Shown here: positions 56,570-64,000 of the stretch, piece by piece
Numbering within the stretch: position 1 is the first letter of the stretch
Layout of the letters: every line of letters starts with the position of its first letter
Origin: Vicinamibacteria bacterium
Lineage (GTDB): Bacteria; Acidobacteriota; Vicinamibacteria; Marinacidobacterales; Marinacidobacteraceae
Length of the DNA: 64,000 nucleotides
Assembly (NCBI GenBank): GCA_964291235.2
Contig: OZ219815.1
Location: 320,001 to 384,000 of the forward strand
Direction of reading: 5' to 3'
Made by a program: the position numbers and the translations under genes
Notes under the pieces: generated by a model
Databases searched by the model: none
What the model saw: only the letters and a program-made list of their open reading frames with translations
What the model was told of the DNA's origin: nothing

Positions 56570-56857
56570 CTACCGATTACCGGGCGGACGCCAGCGGCGG
56601 ATGAGTTCCTTCGCACGTTCCTTGCGCCGAGCCCCCTCCCGAATCTGCTGGCAGAAGTAACACAGGTCGTCGTGCGCCACGAATGGCCCCTGCTCGCCCT
56701 GGTCCTGAAAATGCTCGGTCAGTTCCTCCCGCATGTTCTCGGCCTCCCCGATGTAAAGGACCCCTCCGGTCCGCCCGAAAACTACATAGACCCCGGGTGA
56801 TGGCGGAGCACCGTTCACCCCGCGAGCGCTGAATTCGTAGTTGTTCTTGCGTGTCAA
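56570..56857 (-). CDS. small stand-alone GIY-YIG-like protein
   Basis: PPSPGVYVVF...VLYIGEAENMREEL..H...PPGN; TTG start after GGGAGAG (start uncertain). Confidence 0.6.
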   Translation of the reverse strand: MTRKNNYEFSARGVNGAPPSPGVYVVFGRTGGVLYIGEAENMREELTEHFQDQGEQGPFVAHDDLCYFCQQIREGARRKERAKELIRRWRPPGNR

Positions 56858-57068
56858 CAGCAGCTCTCCCGAAATCGGTTCCGGCGTTTGAAGTCGAACG
56901 TCCCCAACCTCCCGCGACAGGACAACACAGAAGCCTTCAAGCGCCATTGTAATTCCACATTTCGCGACAAATTCACGACAAAAATCAGTTTGTGAGCGAT
57001 GATCCTGACTCTTGCCGTCCGGACACCATGCCGGGCCGCCCGAGCGAACGTTACGCCGACATAGAGTC

Positions 57069-57113
57069 GGAGCGCCGGCCTCTGGCCGGCATCGCTCCCC
57101 CGCAGGGGAGCGA
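57069..57113. repeat. REP-like unit plus hairpin
   Basis: GGAGCGCCGGCCTCTGGCCGGC followed by TCGCTCCCC-CGCA-GGGGAGCGA. Confidence 0.55.
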
Positions 57114-57211
57114 AACCGCACATCGGTGCCCAGCCGCACGGTGCGCAGGCACACGGGCGTTACGTCGTCCCCGTTCGGCTGTGTGCTGTGCGGCGGATGG
57201 AATTCGTGAGT

Positions 57212-57683
57212 TGGCAGCGAACGTGTTCGCTGCCCGCGAGTTTCGGGGGGAATGTGTGAAAGGGGGCACTCCCCCTTTCACAAAAAAGTAACGACGAACC
57301 GGAACTCGCCGAAGCGCGCGCCAGCGCGCGAGGGAGTTGCGGTTCGCGGCACGAAGTGCCGGGCGGTGTCGGGGCGGGGCGCACAGCCCGCCCGCCTTGC
57401 GGCAAATTCTGTTTCCGGGGCACACGCCCCGCCCCGACCGAACGATGGCATGAACTGATGGCAGCGAACGTGTTCGCTGCCCGCGAGTTCGGGGGGAATG
57501 CGTGAAAGGGGGCACTCCCCCTTTCACAAAAAAGTAACGACGAACCGGAACTCGCCGAAGCGCGCCTCAGCGCGCGAGGGAGTTGCGGTTCGCGGCACGA
57601 AGTGCCGGGCGGTGTCGGGGCGGGGCGCACGGCCCCTCGCCGTGCGGCGGATCCGGCTCCCGGGGCACACGCCCCGCCCCGAC
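57212..57683. repeat. tandem direct repeat, two copies, period 247 bp, multi-hairpin (BIME/MITE-like)
   Basis: Copies 57212-57438 and 57459-57683 are near-identical except for one ~33-nt loop region. Confidence 0.9.
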
Positions 57684-57694
57684 ACCGCTCGAGA

Positions 57695-60600
57695 CTAGAA
57701 GGGCCAGCCCATCCAGAAGTCGAACTTCCAGCCGTCGAGGGTGGTCGCGAAATCGGTGCGCTTGGACCAGGCGAAGTTCAGCGGGAGCCCCAGGAAATAG
57801 ACGCGGGCGTTGAAGCCGTAGGAGGCGACGAAATCGTCGAGGCCGGCGCCTTCGGAAATGCAGACGACGTTCTGCCGCGGACCGCACAGGTTCCCCAGTC
57901 TCGACTCCCGGCGCTCGGACGAATAGATGTTCAAATCGTCGCCGGCATACGCAGCGCCGCCGGCATCGACGAAGAAGCTGCCGCGCAGCGGACCGATGAG
58001 GCCGAGCGGCGTGATGGCGGCATCGATGATCGGAAAGCGGAATTCGACGGTGGCGTGGCCGCCCCGGTTCCCGACGAACGAGTAGAGCGGGTAACCGCGG
58101 AGCTCGCCGTTCCCGCCGAACCAGAAAAAGCCCGGCGCGTCACCGGCGCTGTGGAACCACTTGACGCGCGCCGCCAGCACGCTGGCGGTGGTGAGCTGGA
58201 AGTACTTCCGGGCGTCAAGGTTGAACGTGGTGCGGGAAAGGAAGGCGCCCCCCGGGGACCACTCGATGCCCGCATACACCGTGCTTCCCGCCTGCGGGAA
58301 CACCGCCGGGCCAAGCTGACGGAAGCGGATGGTGTCCTGCACGAAGGCGGCGCGCGCCGGCAGGAGGTGCCCGCTCGGGAAGATCCGCGTGTAGAAGTCG
58401 TCGTACTGATCGATGAAGTCGCTGGGAAACAGCGGATCCTCGCCCGGCTGAAGATAGATGTTCTCAAAGCCGGAACTCTGGTAGTCGTAGCCGATTCCCA
58501 TCTCGAACCGGCGGAAACGGCTGAGTGGATAGAGCGCCCGGGCGGAAGCGCCGGAGGAACGAATCGTGCCGATGCTGTCGGAGCGCGACCAGAAATTCGA
58601 GATGTAGTAAGGAAGGTACGGGTAGAAGAACGAGGTCTGGTCGTGCGCCTCCACCGCGTACTGGAGCCGCCCGGCAAGGTTCGCGTACTGGGCGTTGTAG
58701 ATGCGGTAAGAACGGACCGAATACGCGGTGAACGAAAGGCGATCATCGCCCAGCACGTCCGAGAGTGAGATCGCCGTGCCGCCGAGGAAATCGAAGTCGC
58801 TCGTGAACCCGGCGGTGATGGGCGGCGGCCCATCCAGGAACAGCTTCTCGAAGCGGCCCTTCTCGCGCTTGTTCTCGCTGATGACCTGATGGTTCACGGT
58901 GGGAACGAAGTCGATGACCGGGCCCGGGGTGCGAACGATGGTGTCAGCGAAGATCTCCTTGACGGGTTCGTCCATACCGAGCGTGTGGAGCCCCCAGTTC
59001 CCCTTGTAGTAGCTCGTGAAGAGGAGAGTCTCCTCCCCCGTCTCGGGGTCCCTGATGACGCTCGGGGCGAAGTTTCCGCCGAGAACGTCCGTGTACTGGA
59101 GAATGTCGCCGGTTTCAGTGTCCAGCGAGCGGATGTTGAAGATCCCGTCGTCTTCATTCGAGGAATAGACGAGATCCCGCCCGTTGGGCGCGAAGATCGG
59201 AGCGATGTCGTTGAAGGTGCCGAAGGTGACTTGTTCCTTCTCACCGGTCTCGATTCGAAGCCGGTAGAGCTTGTCGTAGCCACTGATCCGCCGGCTGTAA
59301 TAGGCCCATTCCCCGTCCGGGCTCACCGTCGGGAACTTGTCGTGGAAGTCGTCCTGCGTGAGGTTTTGGATCTCCTCGGTGGCGATGTTCACGCGATACA
59401 GATCAGAGATCGCGTTGTTGAGCGCGGTGAAGTAAACCCACTGGCCATCCGGCCCGACGTGCGGGAACTTGGCGCGGTCGAGCGGCATCTCGATCCGTCG
59501 GACAATCCTCGATTCCACCACGTCGGCGAAGAGCAGCGCCCGGCGCTTCTGGAACCGCCCGAAAAAGGCGACCTGCGACCCGTCCGGGGTCCAGCTCAGG
59601 TTCCGGCCGATGAGCTGGTCCTCACCGGTCAACCCCACCACGTTGATGAATTCGCCCGCGTACCCGGGGGTCAGGTTGCGGATGACCTCGCCGTCCCGGG
59701 CGGAGAGCAGCACGACATCGTATTCCGTCTCCCGGCGGTTCCCCGCGAGCACCGCGATGACCTCGCCGGACGGTGACTGCGCCGCCGAGATCGCCCCGAC
59801 GTAGCGCCCCTCCCGGGGCGACAGGTCCACGCTGTAGTCCTCGGGAATCTCCTTGTCGCGGTAGGGCTTGAAGCGCTCCTTCATCCACCGCTTGTATTCG
59901 CGGTAGAACTCCTCCGAGGGCATCCGGAACGCCTGCTCGAACACCTCCTCGCTGACTCCCCCAGTCACCGCCCGGCGCAGCGAGAACACGAACTGGCGGA
60001 CGCCCTCTTTGCCGAAACGCTCCTCCATGAAGTTGAAGATGGAAGCCCCGAAGGAGTAGGGAGCGCGGGCGAAGGCCTGATTCAGGGCTTCGAAAGTGGG
60101 AATCTCATCGGCGACGGCAGCGTCGCGAATCACCATCAGGTCGAGCGGGTCCCACTCGTCTTCCATGTAGGTGGCGAGGCCCTCGTCGATCCAGAGCGGC
60201 ACCGTCTGGCGGAAGAGCGACCGGGGAACGATGTCGAACTCGAAGATGTGGGTCAGCTCGTGGAGGAAGAGCTCCTGGAGTTCGTCCGGGGGGTTGTCGA
60301 TCGGGATGACCATCCGGTCGCGCGCGGATTCCGCGAACGCCCCGACGCCTTCCGGAATCTCGGACGGGGACAGGTTCGTCTGCGCGAATTCGGAGAACGT
60401 CTTGTAGAGGATCAGCGGAATGGCGAACGGAATCTCGTGCTTCAGTTCGTCGGAGATGGTTTCGTAGGCGCTCTCCGCATAACTCACCAGCCGACCCAGT
60501 TCCTCTTCCATCTCGGGGTAGTAGTAAACGTCGAAGTGCGGCGACCGGTACACCTGCCAGTCGTGTTTGTCGTACTTGACCTTGTTCTTCCCGAAGAACG

Positions 60601-60712
60601 GGATGAAGTACTGCGCCGGAGCCACGCTGGCCATTCCGAGCGCCGCCAGGAGGACGGTGAGAACGAGGTGCTTCCGGAGCCGGAAGCCGGACTTCGAAGA
60701 GTCACGAGTCAC
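57695..60712 (-). CDS. Omp85/BamA-family protein with N-terminal gluzincin metallopeptidase and PD40/WD40 beta-propeller
   Basis: FGKNKVKY, HELTH..F, WIDEGLA, SWTPDG/SPDG repeats, GGNGELRGY, FVDAG, terminal Phe; SD AAGGAG before the GTG. Confidence 0.85.
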   Translation of the reverse strand: MTRDSSKSGFRLRKHLVLTVLLAALGMASVAPAQYFIPFFGKNKVKYDKHDWQVYRSPHFDVYYYPEMEEELGRLVSYAESAYETISDELKHEIPFAIPLILYKTFSEFAQTNLSPSEIPEGVGAFAESARDRMVIPIDNPPDELQELFLHELTHIFEFDIVPRSLFRQTVPLWIDEGLATYMEDEWDPLDLMVIRDAAVADEIPTFEALNQAFARAPYSFGASIFNFMEERFGKEGVRQFVFSLRRAVTGGVSEEVFEQAFRMPSEEFYREYKRWMKERFKPYRDKEIPEDYSVDLSPREGRYVGAISAAQSPSGEVIAVLAGNRRETEYDVVLLSARDGEVIRNLTPGYAGEFINVVGLTGEDQLIGRNLSWTPDGSQVAFFGRFQKRRALLFADVVESRIVRRIEMPLDRAKFPHVGPDGQWVYFTALNNAISDLYRVNIATEEIQNLTQDDFHDKFPTVSPDGEWAYYSRRISGYDKLYRLRIETGEKEQVTFGTFNDIAPIFAPNGRDLVYSSNEDDGIFNIRSLDTETGDILQYTDVLGGNFAPSVIRDPETGEETLLFTSYYKGNWGLHTLGMDEPVKEIFADTIVRTPGPVIDFVPTVNHQVISENKREKGRFEKLFLDGPPPITAGFTSDFDFLGGTAISLSDVLGDDRLSFTAYSVRSYRIYNAQYANLAGRLQYAVEAHDQTSFFYPYLPYYISNFWSRSDSIGTIRSSGASARALYPLSRFRRFEMGIGYDYQSSGFENIYLQPGEDPLFPSDFIDQYDDFYTRIFPSGHLLPARAAFVQDTIRFRQLGPAVFPQAGSTVYAGIEWSPGGAFLSRTTFNLDARKYFQLTTASVLAARVKWFHSAGDAPGFFWFGGNGELRGYPLYSFVGNRGGHATVEFRFPIIDAAITPLGLIGPLRGSFFVDAGGAAYAGDDLNIYSSERRESRLGNLCGPRQNVVCISEGAGLDDFVASYGFNARVYFLGLPLNFAWSKRTDFATTLDGWKFDFWMGWPF

Positions 60713-60759
60713 GAGACTTCTCCTTTGGCAGCCTGGGATGAAACCCATGTGAGCACCGA

Positions 60760-60809
60760 GGCCCCCACCGGGAGAACCGGGGTGAGGCCCAGTTCTCCCG
60801 GTGGGGGCC
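60760..60809. promoter_or_regulatory. intercistronic 18-bp perfect hairpin
   Basis: GGCCCCCACCGGGAGAAC / GTTCTCCCGGTGGGGGCC; no U-tract. Confidence 0.6.
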
Positions 60810-60865
60810 AGCCGGGATGCATCGCTCGTCGGGTTTGCCACAGGCTGTTATTTCCGGAAGGAAAA

Positions 60866-61687
60866 TCAACGCAGCAGAATCCGGGTGCCGCGGAAGGTCT
60901 GCGGCGTAACGACGCTCAGAAAGTTGGGAAGAACGCGGTCCATCAACTCGAAATAGGAAGACAGAGGCGAACTCTCCTCGTCCCGTCCGAAGATGACTTC
61001 CTCGGTAAAGCGCTCGCGGTGGATGGTCCGGCCGCTGGCGCCGTCGATGAAATAGAACTCGGCGGTGAGGGTGTACGCGTTTCGTTCCTGGAACTGGGTG
61101 CTGCGCACCAGTCGGGGCCGATTGAAATTGTCACGCACGTACCGGTCGCGGCGGGAGAATCCGGAGCGTTCCTCCGCCGCAAACCGGAGCCGGCCGCTGA
61201 TGATCAGGGGCTCCTCGAACTCCTCGCCGAGCTGACGCCAGTATTCCTCGTCCTCGAGCAGTTTGTCCTGTTCGAGGTCGATCCACTCCTGGCGCGATAT
61301 TTCGCCGTCGCCGATGGCGACCGCCTCGGCGGCCATGTCATCGAACTGCTCGGCCAACCCGCTGGCCTCAAGCGCCGCATCGGAAAAATCCCCAAGCGGC
61401 TCGACTTCGGCCTCGATGACCGCCAGCCGCGAGTTGATGCGCAACTGGTTCCGCAACAGGCGGGAGGTTTCGGAATCGAGATCCAGGTTCTCGTTGGTCT
61501 GGCTGACGAAGCTGCCCACCAGAACCCGGCCGTACTCCGAGAGGTCGAGCTTGGCGTCGATCGGAATCTCGATGGGCACTTCCACATACGCCCCGGCGGC
61601 GCAGGCGGTCAGGCCGAGGCCGGCGGTCAGGCCGAGCAGGGAAAGCGCGACTCCCGAGGCGGCCCGGCGGCAGCGAAAAGGCTTCAC
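60866..61687 (-). CDS. hypothetical lipoprotein
   Basis: Lipobox LTAC; alternating alpha/beta pattern; 6 bp from the upstream TPR gene. Confidence 0.75.
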   Translation of the reverse strand: MKPFRCRRAASGVALSLLGLTAGLGLTACAAGAYVEVPIEIPIDAKLDLSEYGRVLVGSFVSQTNENLDLDSETSRLLRNQLRINSRLAVIEAEVEPLGDFSDAALEASGLAEQFDDMAAEAVAIGDGEISRQEWIDLEQDKLLEDEEYWRQLGEEFEEPLIISGRLRFAAEERSGFSRRDRYVRDNFNRPRLVRSTQFQERNAYTLTAEFYFIDGASGRTIHRERFTEEVIFGRDEESSPLSSYFELMDRVLPNFLSVVTPQTFRGTRILLR

Positions 61688-61693
61688 CGGCTG

Positions 61694-62116
61694 CTAGCGC
61701 CTCTGCGAACGGGCCGCATCGCGGTCCTTCCGCTTCTTGCGTTCGAACGCCTCGCGGAACAACTCGTAGTTCTGGCGGATCTGTTCGTTGCTGGGAAGCA
61801 GCTCGAGCGCCGTTTCGTAGGCGTCGAGCGCTTCCTCAAACCTCCCCGAGCGCTCGTAGGCAACCCCGAGATTGTTGTGGGCCCTCGGGTTCTGGGGATC
61901 GAGCTCCACCGCCTTCTCCCACCGGTAGGCCGCCTCCTTCCAAAGTCCCTTGCTGGCAACCTCGACGCCGAAGGAGTTCTCCTGGCCGGATCGCTCGCCG
62001 CCACCGCCCACCGGAGCACCCGCCGCCAGGTCGGGCTGGGCCGCGGCAAACCCAGCCAGCCCGATCGCAACCAGGAATGCCACGACGGGACGGAGGACTG
62101 CGGACGGCTGTTTCAT
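61694..62116 (-). CDS. exported tetratricopeptide repeat protein
   Basis: Signal peptide; AVELDPQNPRAHNNLGVAYERSGRFEEALDAYETAL. Confidence 0.85.
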   Translation of the reverse strand: MKQPSAVLRPVVAFLVAIGLAGFAAAQPDLAAGAPVGGGGERSGQENSFGVEVASKGLWKEAAYRWEKAVELDPQNPRAHNNLGVAYERSGRFEEALDAYETALELLPSNEQIRQNYELFREAFERKKRKDRDAARSQRR

Positions 62117-62349
62117 CGTCGCTCTCTCTTGCAATGAACAGGCCATTTCTCGCTGGTTCCTGGGCCAACCGCCCTGATGAAGGTCCGGACAGGAAATCCG
62201 GTCGGTCTCCGATAGTAGCGCGTGCCGGTCCGTTGGGGAAAACCCCATCATGGTGAGACAAAACCGTCACGAATTTCGTCAAGGAATCTGGAGAGACTTC
62301 TACCCGCCGCCCGTGCCGGACCGGCGGAACCGCTCCGGAGAGGCTGCCG

Positions 62350-63471
62350 ATGACGAACCCACCCCCGACGCCGCGGGAGCGGCCACCAGCGGGCGCCGAA
62401 CTGGCCGCGCTCGCGATCGCGCTTGTCGAACGACCCCCGCCCCGAGAGCGCGCCCGCTGTTTCGAGAACCGCGACCTCGAAGGAGCCGTCGCGGCGTTTC
62501 GGCACAAGTTCGGGAATCTGCCCCGGGAGCGGCTCGAACAGGCGAAGCGCTGGCGCGAAACAGCGACCGCTGCCGGGCGGCGGCTCCTGATCCTGGGACA
62601 AGCCGGATACCCCGAGCGACTCGCCGAGATCGCCGTCCCGCCGGTCGCCCTCGACGCGGCCGGCGAGACCGATCTCGCTGCCGCGGCGGTAGCGGTGGTG
62701 GGATCGAGACGGGCTACCCCCTACGGGATCGCGGTGGCGGAGCGATTCGCGCGCGGCCTGGCCGAGGCTGGCCTCACCGTGGTCAGCGGACTTGCCCGCG
62801 GCGTGGATGCGGCAGCACATCGTGCCGCTCTCGAGGCTGGCGGCAGGACGGTCGCGGTCCTCGGTTCCGCGCACGACTGCCTGTATCCGCCGGAGCATCG
62901 CGAATTGGCTCGCGCGTCCGCCGCATCCGGTGCGGTGGTGACCGAATTCCCTCCCGGAACCCGTCCGCTGCCGCACCACTTTCCCCGCCGGAACCGGATC
63001 ATCGCCGGCCTTACGCTCGGCACGCTGGTGGTGGAAGCCGCGGAGCGGAGCGGGTCCCTGGCCAGCGCGCGCCACGCGGTGGATTCAGGACGGGAGGTCT
63101 TCGCGATACCGGGCCCGCTCGGGTCCGAAACGAGCGCGGGGTGCCACGCGCTGATCCGCCTGGGGGCGACCTTGACGACCAGCGTCGCGGACATTCTCGA
63201 AGAACTGGGACTCGCCCCGGCGCCCGCGGCGGCACCGGCTGGCGCGGCGGGCCACGCGGCGCCGGAGAGGTCCGGACCTCCTCCGGGCCTGAGCGAGGAG
63301 GCGACCGGCCTGCTGGAAGCGCTCGAGAAACGGCCCTCGGGGGTGGATCTGGACACCCTTCTGGACGCTACCGGCCTCGCGGTGCCGGTGGCGCTGGCCG
63401 CGATCTCGGAGCTGGAGCGGCGGAAGCTCGTACGCCGGTTTCCCGGTGACTTCCTGAGGGTGGCGAAATGA
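62350..63471 (+). CDS. dprA: DNA-processing protein DprA
   Basis: AVVGSR, VSGLARGVD, FPRRNRIIAGL, VVEA..RSGSL, GREVFAIPG. Confidence 0.95.
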   Translation: MTNPPPTPRERPPAGAELAALAIALVERPPPRERARCFENRDLEGAVAAFRHKFGNLPRERLEQAKRWRETATAAGRRLLILGQAGYPERLAEIAVPPVALDAAGETDLAAAAVAVVGSRRATPYGIAVAERFARGLAEAGLTVVSGLARGVDAAAHRAALEAGGRTVAVLGSAHDCLYPPEHRELARASAASGAVVTEFPPGTRPLPHHFPRRNRIIAGLTLGTLVVEAAERSGSLASARHAVDSGREVFAIPGPLGSETSAGCHALIRLGATLTTSVADILEELGLAPAPAAAPAGAAGHAAPERSGPPPGLSEEATGLLEALEKRPSGVDLDTLLDATGLAVPVALAAISELERRKLVRRFPGDFLRVAK

Positions 63472-63506
63472 CCGCCGCGACCGGATCGTTACACTGATTG
63501 CAGGTC

Positions 63507-64000
63507 ATGGGAAACGCACTCGTAGTCGTCGAATCCGCCGCCAAAGCCAAAACCATCGAGCGGTTCTTGGGGAAGTCTTTCCGCGTGATGGCCTCGGGAG
63601 GCCACGTTCGCGATCTGCCGCAGCGCGGCTTGTCGGTTGATGTCGAGAACGGTTTCCGCCCGCAGTTCGAGGTCGTTCCGGACCGGGCCAAGATCCTTGA
63701 CAGTCTTAAGCGCGCGGCCCGCAAGGCTTCTCGCATCTACCTCGCCACCGACCCGGATCGGGAGGGCGAAGCGATCAGCCACGATCTCGCGGAAGAGTTC
63801 CTCGGCGTAATGGCGCCCGGAAGCCAGGTGCCGATCCAGCGAATCACCTTCCATGAGATCACCCCGCCGGCCGTCCGGCGGGCGCTCGAGGAGGCCGGGG
63901 AAGTCGATGCGAACAAGGTCAAGGCTCAGCAGACGCGCCGGGTGCTGGACCGGATCGTCGGCTACAAGATCTCTCCCCTCCTTTCGCGAAAAGTCGCGCC
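63507..64000 (+). CDS. topA: DNA topoisomerase I, N-terminal part (runs off the 3' edge)
   Basis: LVVVESAAKAKTI, GHVRDLP, LATDPDREGEAI, RITFHEIT, QQTRRVLDRIVGY; follows dprA. Confidence 0.95.
   Translation, partial: MGNALVVVESAAKAKTIERFLGKSFRVMASGGHVRDLPQRGLSVDVENGFRPQFEVVPDRAKILDSLKRAARKASRIYLATDPDREGEAISHDLAEEFLGVMAPGSQVPIQRITFHEITPPAVRRALEEAGEVDANKVKAQQTRRVLDRIVGYKISPLLSRKVA

Noticed and set aside
57212-57683. CRISPR array or coding repeat
   Set aside because: Only two long units, no short repeat-spacer periodicity, no cas genes; the overlapping ORFs just translate the repeat.
60248-62137. 629-aa plus-strand ORF and similar Arg/Pro/Gly-rich ORFs throughout
   Set aside because: High-GC shadow ORFs without motifs, overlapping well-supported genes.
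62255-62287. Short palindrome ACGAA-T-TTCGT upstream of dprA
   Set aside because: Too short to assign to any regulator.
62350-64000. dprA-topA linkage as a novelty
   Set aside because: Common, well-known synteny.

Overview
A GC-rich, gene-dense bacterial chromosomal window with about 70 coding regions. The GWxTD protein, the many Tat/lipoprotein-exported hydrolases and the DUF5916 and WD40-Omp85 proteins suggest Acidobacteriota or a similar lineage (inference only). I found no rRNA, tRNA, CRISPR array, prophage or intact transposase. The content includes: an M28-M16-M16 peptidase operon (M28 frameshifted near its 3' end); TRAP, GltS, APC and NSS transporters; PhoX; two complete toxin-antitoxin modules (antitoxin-vapC, brnTA) and two orphan antitoxin-like genes; ccmCD; a circularly permuted ATP-grasp/alpha-E/transglutaminase operon joined to an RsbW/STAS partner switch; desaturase-csp; mutM; dprA-topA. 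The best candidates for something undescribed are: (1) a ~123-nt promoter-to-terminator sRNA at 50792-50914 with a perfect anti-Shine-Dalgarno loop; (2) the cluster just upstream of it (DUF5916 barrel, internally duplicated unknown membrane protein, GMC and Gfo/Idh/MocA oxidoreductases); (3) a TPR-lipoprotein-(metallopeptidase/propeller/Omp85) operon; (4) a 247-bp tandem multi-hairpin repeat; (5) a second structured RNA ahead of a zinc-finger/DUF72 operon. All family calls come from motif recognition by eye; no searches were run.
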